Assembly (NCBI GenBank): GCA_002633005.1
Contig: NMRA01000037.1
Location: 1,071,136-1,135,135 of the forward strand
Origin: Phoronis australis
Taxonomy: Eukaryota; Animalia; Phoronida
DNA length: 64,000 nt
Direction: 5' to 3'
Part shown: in pieces, positions 39,941 through 53,700 of the stretch
How the letters are laid out: every line of letters starts with the position of its first letter
Numbering within the stretch: the stretch's first letter is position 1
Program-made: the position numbers and the translations under genes
Notes under the pieces: model-generated
The model's database searches: none
What the model saw: only the letters and a program-made list of their open reading frames with translations
What the model was told of the DNA's origin: nothing

Positions 39941-42900
39941 GTGCAATTCTAACGGAGAGCAGTTAACGGTAACCTTAAAAGGATACCTAACCCGCTTTGG
40001 CTCAATAACAGATATTTAAAACGACTTTTCCATCCACTTCTCTGAAACAAAAAATGCTATGTAACAAGATAACAAGAACAATTTGAAAACCATGTAATTC
40101 CTGGCACCAACACAGGGTCTGAGGGATTTTTGAGCCATGACAGGCAGACCAATAGAGCAAAACAAACCAAACAAATGAACAATTATGACACAATTACAAT
40201 ATTGTGGTACTGCACAAGTTTGATGAAAATGCAGACGAATCTGACTTATATATTACTTTACGTCCGAATAACCGAGGAACTTATTTTTGCGCTTGAATAA
40301 CTTTGAGTTGTTCACGTTTCATATAAATTGGAGTATTCTTCTTTTTCTTCAACAAGATTTTTAAATGTTGCCTGTAAATTATTAATTTTTTGTTCTCTTT
40401 ATTCATACGTTGATAAAGTGTTTAGCAGTTGGAATTTTGACCTTTCCTTTCTGTTTAGTCCATTCAGCGAATTTTATTAGTGAAATGAACTTTTTCCCAT
40501 AGTCTAATTGTTTTCATTTATAGAAAGCTCTTCAGAAACTTCAGAGTTCAGCTTTTTTCAGAGAAATGTAGCTTTTCAGATATTATACGTGTTCCCTGCA
40601 ACAGAATCTAAAATAAAAGAGTAGGAAACAACCAGATGACCACCTGGGATTGCCACTTTTAAGGCCAGGGGATACTTTGATTGCTGGTATAAGAATCAAA
40701 CAAAAGTGCGATTTAATAGCTGATCAAGACTTAGTGAGAGGGGATATGATTCTTTGGGAGTTTGCCACCATTTCCTGTCATCATAGCGTGGACCTCATTT
40801 TGCGTTACTTTTTGCCATCGTCTGATCCTCTTTGAGTGTAATAAGGTCTTCTTGAGAAAGACTTAAGTTTCAGGTACCGGTAGGCAAATTGTTGTTTACA
40901 GCTATATTTACTTTTTGTTGTCTTCAAACCATTAACTACAGAAAATAAATCAAATATCCTGGATGATTTAGAACAGGCACTAACGAAACACAAATGAATT
41001 GCCAATTAGTGATTGCCCACTCAGTTAATTTTAAGTAAACGTAATTGAAGAGCATTTATTTATAGGTACCCTGAGTACATGCATAGCTATTTTCTCTTCT
41101 CTTAATGTCCGACGGAGCTTTAATGTGTTGGAGGGTTATTTTGGTGCTGTCTTGGGACTGAAGTTCCCTGTCTATTTTTCCTGGTTTTATCTCCACTGTC
41201 ACACGTGAATCAGTCTCAGTCCCTATCTGAAGTGGTTGTAGGTAACAATCCACACTATCACAACAAATAGAATAAAAAGAGACATGCAGACTACTTTACA
41301 TGGGATTCTAGGAACTGAAGCAATACACGATTACGGCCATATAAGTCAACTGTATGTTTGCCTCGTTCTCTTCAGTGTTGTTTACTATGCAAATGTGAAA
41401 CTTTTGACTGAACATGTATCGCCAAAACATAGTCAGGGTCGAACTACACTCTATCACAGTGCTAAACGTATAGGTGGCGCTGTGTCAGAGGGCAGGGTCG
41501 AACACAATGATGATGGTTGCAATGAAACGCCCTGAATTGTCAAATGGATTTAGAGGTTGCACTTTACCATGGCAAAAGAATAGTTTATAAAATTATGACA
41601 TCAGCGTATTTCTAAGCCATAAGGTCACCTTGGTTAGATTTAGTTCTATTTTGGGATGCATATAAAGTGTACAGTATGCCTGTTCAGAGCGTTTCTTTTA
41701 ATACTTGTACGAAAATGGAGAATTCGAATTAGTTTACTTTGGTTAAATTCACTGTAGTGATCATTTTTAGTTTATACATTCAAATGAAAAACTACAAATA
41801 ATGAATAAACACGATTGCTTATTTAGGTGATATTAAAACATCTCTTAACAACAGTTGCCAACTTTATTAAAGACTGACATTATTTTGTGTCTTGTTCTAC
41901 TCACAGGTATTCATTTAAATGGGTGACACCAGTGACGTCTGCTTAACCAACTTACACTGGGACATATAATTGCGTAACTGAAACAGTTCTCAATATATGA
42001 TATAGCCGTAAACTATTATATCCACTATTACGAAAATATCATGACGTTATCGAAAGTGCATGAATGAAACTGAAAAGCTTGTAATAAAACACCAAAGCCT
42101 GTAATGAAAATTAATACAAGTTTTGTATTCATACACCACCTTCACATCAACTTCTTATTTTGTAAAATCATAAACATTGAATGTAGAAAAAATATCGATG
42201 TCATCTCATACGTTGTTTTTGTATATTTTAACGAAAAGTCTAAGTATTTTATAAAAATTCATTTATAGCGTGTACGTGTACAAAATACTAGGCTGTTCCA
42301 ATGTTTACTATTAATATTAGTAGTGATAACAGGGTGTCGGTAAGTTGACACTTTCTAAGTTATAAATATAACAGCAGTCTGAGAGCTGTACTGCTATACC
42401 TAGAGACCAGGCGAGTTTTTCTCATGTCACAACAGAGGTATATATCTAGGTTTAAATAGAACTCAACTACAAGTCAATTTTGAAACAAAAGGAGGCGAAG
42501 ACGATCGTCATTATACATTTTCTTTGTACTAGCTTGCAAGTCTATCATGAAGATCTAGGCACTAAAAACCCTGGGTGCTGCTTCAGCTGAGATATCGCTG
42601 GAAATTTTAATTGAAACATGTCAATTTTGTGTGAACTGAGAAATTTAAAGTCCTATCTGATGCGCCATGCTACTTTAATGAGCCGGATAGACACCTCTAC
42701 TTCTGTGTTGCTATGTTATGTCCAAACTCAATACAACTGTTCAAAATTAGATAAAGTTCAACTGTCACCGGACCAAAAACTGTCTGAAAAAATAGAATCC
42801 ATGGAAACCGATAGATGACGCTTTGAGAAATTTGCAAGGTGTTCTCAACCTAGCCTGATCAATCCCAACCTTCACACAGAATTTCTGCGACTTTCTGCCT

Positions 42901-45173
42901 GCTTCATGTATGAATGGCTTAACTCCGGTCTGAGCGGAGCGTCGACGTAAACAGCGCAGTTAACTGGTCCGTTCATACTGGCTTCGGTAGTTAATGATCA
43001 TCGAAGTAAACGTTTGGCGACGCTGTCGATTGGAACGGTTAACTTCGGTCCAATCGACACCATCGACGCTGCGCTATTAACGGTAAATCCACATGCACCT
43101 GTTAACTGCGATCCAGGACCGGAGTTAAGCGTTCATACTGACCGCAACTCCCAAACCATCGACGCATCGACGTTAGTATGGAAGGCCCTTAAAGATTACC
43201 AGAGAGAAATTTAAGAGCTCGCCCCCGCGTCATTGGCGCAAACATAATTTCATTGAGGCACTGTGACTATGGTTTAACTCGGGCCCATTAAAATTGGAAG
43301 CGTAAAAGGACAAAAAGAATGGCCCACATATGTTCCAAATTGGCCCATAGACTTGAGGTCGTGACGGTCAATTCACTCATACTCACGTTTTTTCCAAAAA
43401 AATGATCCCGACAATGCGAAATAACTACTTGTACCCACGTTGTCCGGCACCTAGACAACCAGCTAGCTGTGTATGACTGGACATCAACGATGCGGGGAAT
43501 TTAAACGAAGCTCACTTTTTTAGTTCGCCATAACTTTATTTTTGGTTCTCTCGTAATAAACTTTACATTAAAACTGAACCCGTCGTCCAACCGTGCGTAA
43601 ATTACTGCATGTTTCGGCCGTAAAATCAATAACACCCCATTAATGGAAATTTTATTTACATCCTTAAAATTATTTGATGGTATGACGTCATCACAACTCT
43701 TTTTCTAAATATCTGTAAAATTGCGCGTGATGATTCCGTACCATTGTGGGTTTTATGGAACAATTGAAACCAATAATTCCGACAAAAATGAAGATCGGAT
43801 ATTCAGAATTTTTGTCACCGCGGTGTCAATTTGCACCGTGTCAGTCCCGTTTGCACACTGGAACAACTCGTTCCGTGTCTGCTGATCCGTGTCAACTTTT
43901 GAAGTGTAAAAGGCACTTAAGTGCCGGTTATTCGCCTGATGGTAAATGTTCTCCAGTCCTCATTGAACCCTATCTCACGAGAACGGTCCGCACACGATAC
44001 GCAATGTAATTTGACTTTCCTTCACAGTTCAGCCGAAACAGCATGCAGTGGCCCAGGCGTTCACACCACAAGCCCTAATTATCTGGGACCACAATAACGT
44101 CAGGCATCCTAAGCTTAGCTTTAGGCTCTAACAATAACGTAATACAGCGTAACCTTAGTTATTCTTAGGTAGGCTTATTATACTGTCAAGGGGTCTGAGT
44201 CCACGTCAACACCTGGCAGGACGCGACAAAGGTTAATTGTGTTTTTACGGACGGTTGACTTCCTTGGTTGTGCCAGCAGGTGACTGTGACATCAGACATA
44301 CAACAACAAATTATCGAATGGATTTTTCTCCAAGATTGTGCATCACCAACGATGTTTGACATATAATTTGAAAGAGTGTAATTGAAAAATTGTAGTACCA
44401 ATATGTGTATTACTCCCAGATAAATTTCACCCCTTCCTTAATTTTTTGAGATGTGGGATAAAATATAACAGGAGCACTGAAGTGACTAGTGTCACGGACA
44501 AGCTGACACGAATGAGATGATCGAGTGGAAGTATGTTAGTAAACAGAACTGACACGGATCAAACTGGCACCTCGTTGACAACTTTTTCTCCAGCACCGTT
44601 AGTGAGGTGGAGCAAGTTTCACACGATCATCCCGCTCCGTGTCAACTGTAAGTCTAAGCGCGAAACTGAGGCAAGGCAGAAGGAACTTTCTCTACTGAGC
44701 TTACGCCTACACTGACACGAGTGGAACAATTTCTGTAACTTGCCAGTCAGCTGTTCAGTGTCTTGTCGTTAACTTTTACTGTTATTTGCAACATTTACCG
44801 GTATTACCTCGTGTCATTAAAAAATTTGCAAGTTTTTGTTGTCTTCAGTTTACATATCAATTAACCAAGTGAAACACAGTGTCATAACTGGAACTGCTGA
44901 AAAATATTCCTTTTAGGCAAAACTATGAATTGAAATAGCGTAAATATCTTCGAGATGAATAGTCAATGAAATGTTGTCACGTGAGACTCATATGCATGAA
45001 TTGTTGATGACACGAAAATCAGCAACAAAGCAACAAAAATGGTGTTAAGAGTAATAGTAATTGTAATAATAATAATAGTAGTAACAATGAACTGTAACTC
45101 CCGCAAAATGCAGCTTAGGGCATGGGCACCCTACCTTCCTTCTTGGCAACTTCCGTCTTGCCACTGTTTCTCA

Positions 45174-45206
45174 GCGCGCGCGCGCGTGCGCGTGTGTGTG
45201 TGCGTG
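45174..45206. repeat. Alternating purine-pyrimidine tract (GC)n(GT)n
   Basis: GCGCGCGCGCGCGTGCGCGTGTGTGTGTGCGTG. Confidence 0.8.
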
Positions 45207-46544
45207 ATTGTGTGCACGGACGCTTTACACCGAGTTGGCCGTGTCAGTTGCGTTGTGTCAAAAGTTAATGTCTAAACGGTACTTTTACGTGAGTTCACTC
45301 TGTCACCAAAGAAAGGCCTGCGACCTCTAATCCGACCAGGACCGGGGCACGGAAATGAAATTTGTAGCACGGATTTGGAGTTTGCTGATCTGGGACTGGG
45401 TTTAGAGATTGCAGGTGGAATTACAATGGAATCGTTTCCATTCCTCTTGAGTCAGAGGCAATATTTGATTTTGGGCGCACATGTAGACATAAACAATTTC
45501 ATAACATGGGTTCAGAAAGAGTATGTTCATAGTAAACGTTTCGCGTTTAATCTAAAAACATCATAAAAACAGAAGTACATGTGTACCAACATTCAACTGA
45601 AGGAATAAAACCAACTTTATAGTCACAACCATCGCGCTTATGTCCTCACGTAACCGTTGCACTCTGCTGGGGCACAGGTGCAGGCATTGCTTGTTGAGTT
45701 CAGTCTTGGCTCACAATGACTAAGCTATTGAAACTGGTGGCCGTCGCTGCATTCATGACTGCGGGTAAATCTGTTCCCGCGCCACCCGTTCTCTGATGCG
45801 GCGACTCAAGCACATGCAGTTTGTCTCCGTTACCTGCACTAGCCAAGAATTTAGGAATCAGTTCTAAGGTTATTTTCACCACAGCGCCTTTAGACTTGTT
45901 AATCCAATCTTCTCGGCACGTGAGGCCACAAACAACACTGCTACGTTACCTGAATGGCCGAATAGACAATTTAAGGTAACATAGCGAGGATCACAGATTT
46001 CAAACCGGTTTAAAAACAATAACAGGTGGAAACAAAGATTAATGCTATTGACTAGCTATGGCATGACGCAAAGTATATAATTAGCGAAAATCAACCGTAT
46101 GTTGCCTGAGATGACTGCAGACTTTGTAATGTGTAAACGTTATTTCATAAATTAACAGAGCACACACAAGGCACGCCTATGTGAACAATTCGGCAGTGAA
46201 TAAACATAGTCCTATGACTGAGAAAAATGGTTTCACCTTCAGTCACGTTCCCAGTGTGTGGTATCACTTATGAACATCGGTAACAAAGCAACCCAATTAC
46301 CGCCAGATTTGATCACGGTTGTATGAGCAAACGTGGTCACGACTGGACGTACACTGCATGAACGCATTAAAATTTTAACCAACACTCGTTTGAAGTTACC
46401 GGGAGTATAACGGTCACCAGTCGACAGAATGAAGAAAAGTTTATTCAAATGCACATTTTTGCTATTCAAAATGAATCTGTGTTGACTAGCGTTATCTAGC
46501 TAGGTTGCGTGTACAGTGACAGGAAGTGGTGACAGAGCAATTAC

Positions 46545-46700
46545 CAGTAGCGAATTTAGAGGGGGGCCAAGGGGGCCATGGCCACCCCTAAAATTCTCCC
46601 AGATTACATTTGGCAGTTCGGGGTGCGAATGTCTGACGGCAAAAGCCTGGCTAATACTCTGCCCTGGCCCCCCTAGCTCAAAATTCTGGATTCGCCCCTG
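46545..46700. mobile_element. MITE, CAG-type TIR, probable 5-bp TSD
   Basis: CAGTAGCGAATTTAGA.. / ..TCTGGATTCGCCCCTG; flanks ATTAC / ATTAG. Confidence 0.7.
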
Positions 46701-47288
46701 ATTAGACATTTCAGGAACCAAAACGGTCAAATAACGCTGCTGGTTAGTGTGGTTCTCCAGCCAAATTTCGCAGCCTTGAACCCAAAACAGCGCAAATTAG
46801 CGCGTTCTAGATCCAAATCATAAGAGATTTGGCACGAAATGAACTGGTCCTTAATCTGGGTCAATGGAAAGCTTGTTCATAAATTTGATTTAACAATGAC
46901 GCAGTTACCCACAACAATGAAGCTTTCCAGTTACGAATCGCACGTCCATCACTGCTGACAGAGCTCGAAGGGGTACTCCCATAGAAGAGGTGTACGGGGA
47001 GTCACTGCTCGACTAGTGCCAATGAAAGCACACCGTGCGAAATGGTGCATTTTTCCGATTTATGTCCTGCTAAAGGGTTCACTTTGGATTTTCAATAGGT
47101 TCATTTTCCATAAGAAATCTACAGACTGATTTTTAATATTGTGTATATTTTTAAAACTTGCTTACAGAAATATACAAATTTTTGCCAGTATGTCATCTCT
47201 TATTGCACAGAAAGGCAGAGGCTTGTACGAAATAACAAACTTTCAAATTTTCTCGTACTAAAATGCATGTGATCTGAAGTCACATTTG

Positions 47289-47321
47289 CCTAACCGTAAC
47301 CGTAACCCTAACCCTAACCCT
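47289..47321. repeat. Short interstitial (TTAGGG)n-like repeat
   Basis: CCTAACCGTAACCGTAACCCTAACCCTAACCCT. Confidence 0.7.
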
Positions 47322-47722
47322 GTACTGTTTCAGGTTTTCAGGGCTAAGCACAACTAAGTGGTCCAACTAGAAACCTAAAGAATTCAGATTTGTAAATTAC
47401 TGTTACAAAAAGGTGGGCCCCTTTTTCGAGTCCAAGCTCTGAACGCGTGGGTATATTAACTGTACAGCAGCCCCTGTCACAAATTTAGTTGAGTACCACC
47501 CCGAGTGACGAACACTCGTGAACGCCAGACCAGCCAATGAGAAGCGAGCAAGCAACAGCGACATTGAATAGTACACATTGAATGACCGAACCCGGCGAAG
47601 ATATAACAGAGGTAAATTTACCTGAAAAACTAATCCTTTACCGCACAGGTCTAGGTGTAGCTTGTCTTTGCGCCGAGGCAAAAGCAAACTTTGCCAGCCT
47701 TTTCGACACCGTGCACAGAAAC

Positions 47723-50700
47723 ATGTCACCCATTGAGTCCGACGGAGGGGAAAGACTAAGCGACGTAAGTTTTTCATGTTATTCTACGTTTAATTTAACA
47801 AGTTTCTCATTTCTTTCGTTTAACCATGATTTTCCAAGTGTTCGCTTACTTATGTAATTACTGGCGGGAAACGCTGATGGAAACAAACGGTTCTTACGGC
47901 TTGTTGGCAGCTAGCAACTTAAGCCTGTCTTTTCTGTCCTTTGTCATTTCACAACCCGTGATCCTACTAATAAATCATTTTTTTTTGGTTTAGACAACTA
48001 ATAAAATTGGTCACAAACTGTTTTTTCTTAAGATGAAAAGTGGTTTTTGGTCTTGCAAGGAACTGAAAGTTCGATATGGCTCAACACACCAATAGGCGAA
48101 TATAAGGGTCATCAAGTGCAAACTTGAACTAGAAACTGATATGCTTAAACCTTATTGTATTCGAGCACAGTGTAACAACCCCTTATCTCGAATTCGCACG
48201 AAAGTAGCAGAGAATTTGCCGAAAATAATTTCGAGTTCTTTTCGAGTACAAAGATCAAATTCCGGGCCCTGGTGTCGAGCAGCAAACTGTCATTCATTTT
48301 TAAGTTGAGAAATAACACTTTTTAAGTAGTTTCGTAACGCCCAGATATAATGCTTCCAGCGTTTTCTGTATTTTTCGTAATGATGAACGTTAAAAATATG
48401 TATGGCAAATGTTTGTGTTTGTGTTTGTGACGGGAAGTGAGATCATAAAGGCTAGCCGCTTAATGAACGGTTTAAAGTGAATATGCAGACGATATTTTTG
48501 TCCATTGTGAAACACAAGTGAGACTGACGCAAGTCGCACTTGTTTCCACTGCCAGACATTACACATGTAGATGGGAAAAGGGTCCTCATTTCCAGTTATC
48601 GGGGTTTTTCGGCCCTTTCCCGTGTCAAATTCGTTTGATTCCAGTCCCAATAAATCTCCATTGCCGATCACGTCATTTTTCTCCTGCATTTCCCAAATCA
48701 AGGCTACCAAAAAGGACCAGATTACTTTTTTGGAAAAAGCCTTTTCTCCCTCCAAATAGATATGTAAAGTGTGAATAGAACTTTTGCGAGATATGAAGCA
48801 AGGTGATTGCGCTAAAGGAGAGCGTAGACGAAGAGCTAAGCGCCTCGAAATGAAAATTAGTCACTGATTAAGCTCAGTTAACGGAACACGTTTGCGGCAA
48901 AATGAACTGAGAATGTTGTCTCACGTGGCAGCGAGGCAAGTGTCTCATTTGTTAGAGTTCATTTACTTGGAGATCGTTCCGTATTAGAGCTTCTTGCGTG
49001 AAAAGCAGGGTCTCGCAAAACCGCGCAAAATCACGCGAATGAGAAGCGAGTGTTTCGCAAGTATTCTCGGGAGTTTACCAGCCCGGGCATTGAATTCACT
49101 TGTTTCCGTTCCGTAAGCCAAGACTTCTTGCCGCCTGTGCACGTTGATGCATTGCAGTGTAGGGAAGTCAACCATGGTTCGTGTAAATCCCCACAGCATG
49201 CGGGCGCTTGGTGAACAAAGTGCTTGGCTCATTTTAGCCGCACGTACTACACTTAGCCTACGTTGTTTACTACGGACGTAAGTAAGGGCAGGCGAGAAGC
49301 TGGGAACTAAGCTGCCGTCATCAAGTGACACAGCGTGCAAAATGCTCATTACACCGTAAATAACACATAATTACAAAGAGGTAGCAAGCGAGCAGAGAGA
49401 TTTGTTGTTATCGTGTTATGTAATGATTAATTTTGATAGCTGACGAAGGTAATCGGTGCACCTCGCCAGCATACTGTGAGGATTTACACACTCTATTAAG
49501 AAGAAATCACCAAGGGAGACGTGTACTACGAGAGGCGAAATCCTCAAAGTTCATTTTTGCTACAGGTTAGCTAATTTCAATTGAGCGCGCTTCGCCCTTC
49601 ATCTGCGCTCACCCTAATCTGTTACTACACAGTGTGAATCATTCTGTGAATGAAATTGCTATCGATATTACAAAAGTTGTTGTCGTTTATGAATACTGGT
49701 TTTACTACTGTCAATGTAGTTAAGGTATACCTATTAGTAATAACAATTGTAAGAAGTAATATTACTATTTGTGTGAAGGGTGTCTTGCCACCATAAGCAA
49801 CACTAGTTATGGGGCTGTGGATGTTCACGAATCAGGTGTTTTATTCGTCATGTTTTGAGTTTCAGCTAACACGAAAATGATTAATTTATTTTATAGCCAG
49901 ATGTCGAGCGAGGAGAAGACAATTACGCATTTTCAGAGAAGGCAATTGAGGTGAGTTGAAGTTCGTGACATATATAATAATCAAGCGTCGGTACAGACAA
50001 TAACACGGCGAGGGTGCTGTTTCCCGCATCTAGGCACCTCAGGGCTTAAATTCAGGAAATAACTGCCGATGACATATAATGATCTATTTATCACCAATTT
50101 CGAGCATTTGACTCTTACAAAAGTCACAAAACAGATATGAAAATGTTTTGTTGCGTTTCGTCAAACATCACTATGCTGCGCATAAAATGAAACACGTGAA
50201 CGTTTTCTAATTCTAGAACACGCCCGTCACGTTTTCTCGCAAAATCGTCATCTTCAAAGGGAGATAACTTAGAAGCCTATTTTCTGTTGTTTACAGTTCA
50301 GGCGTGTATTGTGGGATCAAAGTTTAATTCGTTTATTACAAAAACCGGTTGGATGAATAAAATACGCATAATTGAAGAGGATTACACGTATTTATCTGAT
50401 ACATAACCTCCGCATTAAAAATTAGTTCGATTTTTCACGTAAAAGTGTCTTCTAGTGCTTTTGTTTTTGCGAAAGCAAGCTTATTTATTAATAAATGTTA
50501 TAATAGTAATAATAGTTATCACCCTAAAAACTATATGGGTTAGCAGTTTCTCAAAACTGAAAAGAACTAGATTTTTTAAACACGTGTCCAAGATCATTTG
50601 AATTTTTTGAGACTCATGGGAAGAGTCATTCGGTTAAACCAAGGAGTGTAATAGTACTAAACTGACATCAGCCATGAAAGCCATTTTCCGAAATCGGTAC

Positions 50701-53700
50701 CAACGCGGAACCACACCCGAAACGGTCGGGCTGAGCTAAATTGCACACAGTAAACGACAACGTATTTGAAGGGTATTTAACTGGTAAAGTCAGGCGAGAA
50801 TCGGCAATTTGTAATCAAATCAAAAAACACAACGAATTATATTGTCCGGTCAAGGCTAATAACTTCAAAAAGTCAGAGGCAGATCTACGGGGGGGGGGGG
50901 GGGTTCAGGGGGTTCAAACACCCCTCTCGGGACAGGATCAAAAATAAAAATTGAAAAATAAATTCGCCAAAAACAAAATCAGCTACTAAAAACCACAAAA
51001 AAATCGTACACGGTGAGGGGAAACCTCTTCCCGACCTTCCTTCCACTCGGCGCTACGCGCCTCGCATTCGCTCGAATCCTAAACCCCCCTTACTGAAAAC
51101 GTGGATGTGCCAGTGAACGTTTACCCAATTCAATAATGTACCAAGAACGCGTTTACGACAATAAACCAATAACGTCCCTAGAGACAGTTTTTTATTTTGT
51201 TGTCAAGTGCTATGTGATTTATGCTAAATGATGAATGTGAGCACGTGGTCTAAATTCGTCACTCGAAGATAGGGAGATATGGGGACTAGTTAACACAAGC
51301 TCAAACTCAAAGTTTCCAAGTTGATATTGTCAGTGAAGTGCCAAATATGTTGTGCAGTCTTCCTCTAAATAATTGTGTGCTCCATTGCAAAGTAAAAGAC
51401 GGACTTTATAGTAGTAGAACAGGAGATTTCAAATTAAATTCGAGTTGGACTTCGGAGATAAGATTTCAGGCCCTAGGCTCGCTTTTCGGTAGTTTGGTTG
51501 ATGACAGCGGCAACACCACGACAGCGGTCACATCACGAACTAAACAGAATCTCTCACCCCCTCCATTGACGGCGGTAGTAGGGTGGTGCAAGTAATTTAG
51601 TCTTTTGTAAGAATTGTGCGCTCTTGTCAACACCACTCAGGTCCACGCGGCAGAGATCAAGGACCCCGTGAAACAGCAGGATAAGGAAAAGGCCGCTGAA
51701 GAGAAAGAGGGCGAAGATGAATTCGATCCGTGGGCGTTGACTGACCTTAAAGATCCCGGAGTTCCTTGGAAAGGTACGTTTTGGGATGCAGAGTAAGGCC
51801 TTCCGCCTAACGTATTGTTTCGAGATGAAATTCAATTTGCAGTCATAAAAAGCTTGCTTGGTCTGAAGATTGCCTCAAATCGTGATGTTCTTGTTTATTG
51901 GCTGACTACTGTGGCGTCCCCATGTGGCAATTTCTACCAAATTGCTTGACGGATCTTCACTAAAAATTTTGTATATATCTACGCACAGCCGTGCTCAAGT
52001 CTTCGTTTCTGTATCTGCCGACTCATTTCAATGCTTCTACATTCGCTACAGCGAGTTCTTTCGCAGTCTTCTCCACAACAGAAAATTCTAACTCGACCGA
52101 AATTACATTATTCATGCACGAGCTGGGAAGTCCATGCATGTTCATGTGGGTAGTTTGTCTGTTTTGAATTTTTTGGCACCAGTTCGGTACATTTATCCCA
52201 AAACCGCCCTAATTTGGTTGAGAAAAGACTGACGTCCCAATAACCTACGGCAAACTCGTTGCACAGGTTTTCAAACTCGTCGCAGGTAAGCCAAAAGCGA
52301 CTAAAAAAATTGACGCAGTAACCACTGCTTCGTGGTTGAAAATTTACCCCACAGTATATTTCCAGATCTGTCCACTGGAGGTAAAGTCAAGCGAATTCTG
52401 TGGGAGTACATTGGCAAGATCATTTTGTTGCTTGCCCTCTTGTACCTCTTCATCTGCTCCTTGGATTTCCTGGGAACCTCCTTCAAGATGCTGGGCGGTA
52501 AGTAGTGTCGAGACTACAACGTTTTCCTGGTTTTCCTGGTTTTAAGTGACTACTGTGCGTTGAACAAGTGAGCAACAAATGTAAGGCCCCCTAAGTCCGT
52601 TAATAAATTCAAATGAAAAGAAATTTAATTGTTTATTTCTTCAGCAGTGGCAAGCCAGATCGTAGTAGGCAGCTGGATCCTGAGACGGCGCACGCGACGG
52701 GTTAATCCATGGCCGCAACTCGCCTTGCTTACTTCATACTCAAATGGAAGGTCAAATGTACAATTCATTGCGCATTAAACACTGACATTCGGATTACTTG
52801 GCGGCATTGTGCAGGCTACTTAGTGTTTGTGTACTGTGACGCCGACTAAGTTTTACGTTACATATTTTACGTGTATTCGCAGGAAAAGCCGCTGGCGAGG
52901 CATTTTCTAAAAATGAGTTACTTACCAACCCCGTCTCTGGCCTCATGATCGGAGTACTCGGAACAGTCTTACTGCAGAGTTCGTCCACAACCACTTCTAT
53001 TGTCGTCACTATGGTGGCCGCAAACAGTAAGTATCTCTCCTGGCCTTTAATAACTTACGTCACTCTAATGGTTACCAAGTGTACAAATGTGAGAGCCCAG
53101 TGCTTTGATTTAGTGGCAACGAGTCATCAAATTCCAAACCAAGTAACGGTTTGCGTTTAAAGTTATTAAGACTTATGAAATTCACCAATACGAAATAAAA
53201 CCTTTAGAGTGGAATGAACTTGGCGAGCGGGAGACATGTCTTATCATTTACCATGCAGATCAAATATCGATTTATGAAACGTGCTCCAATTACCTTTTAC
53301 AACTTTTCAGTTCTGACCGTCAGGATCGCCATTCCGATCATAATGGGGGCCAATATTGGTACCTCAGTGACTAACACGATCGTAGCCGTCGGTCAAATGG
53401 GGGACCGCAATGAGTTCAGAAAGGCATTCGCTGGCGCCACCGTCCACGATATGTTCAATTGGCTATGTGTGCTCATCTTCTTGCCCATTGAGGCCGCCTC
53501 AGGTATGTGAGTTGTCGGTGATGTTATAAGCCAATATTTGCACGCGAAATCGTAACGGGGGTAGGTTCCTTGACATTAGATTACTCCAACTGAAAGTTAA
53601 GTGAGATTGCGTGCTCCGCTTGAAACGCATGGAGAAAAGTTGCGCGATCTCCCCAAACTCTCAAAATTCCGCAGTGTGGCTGAGTGTTCAGAGCGCCAAA

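Noticed and set aside
39950-41260. Possible decayed transposase or ORF region
   Set aside because: Frequent stops in the frames examined and no identifiable catalytic motif.
47289-47321. Telomere or chromosome-fusion signature
   Set aside because: Only about five degenerate units in one orientation; such short tracts are common in repeats.
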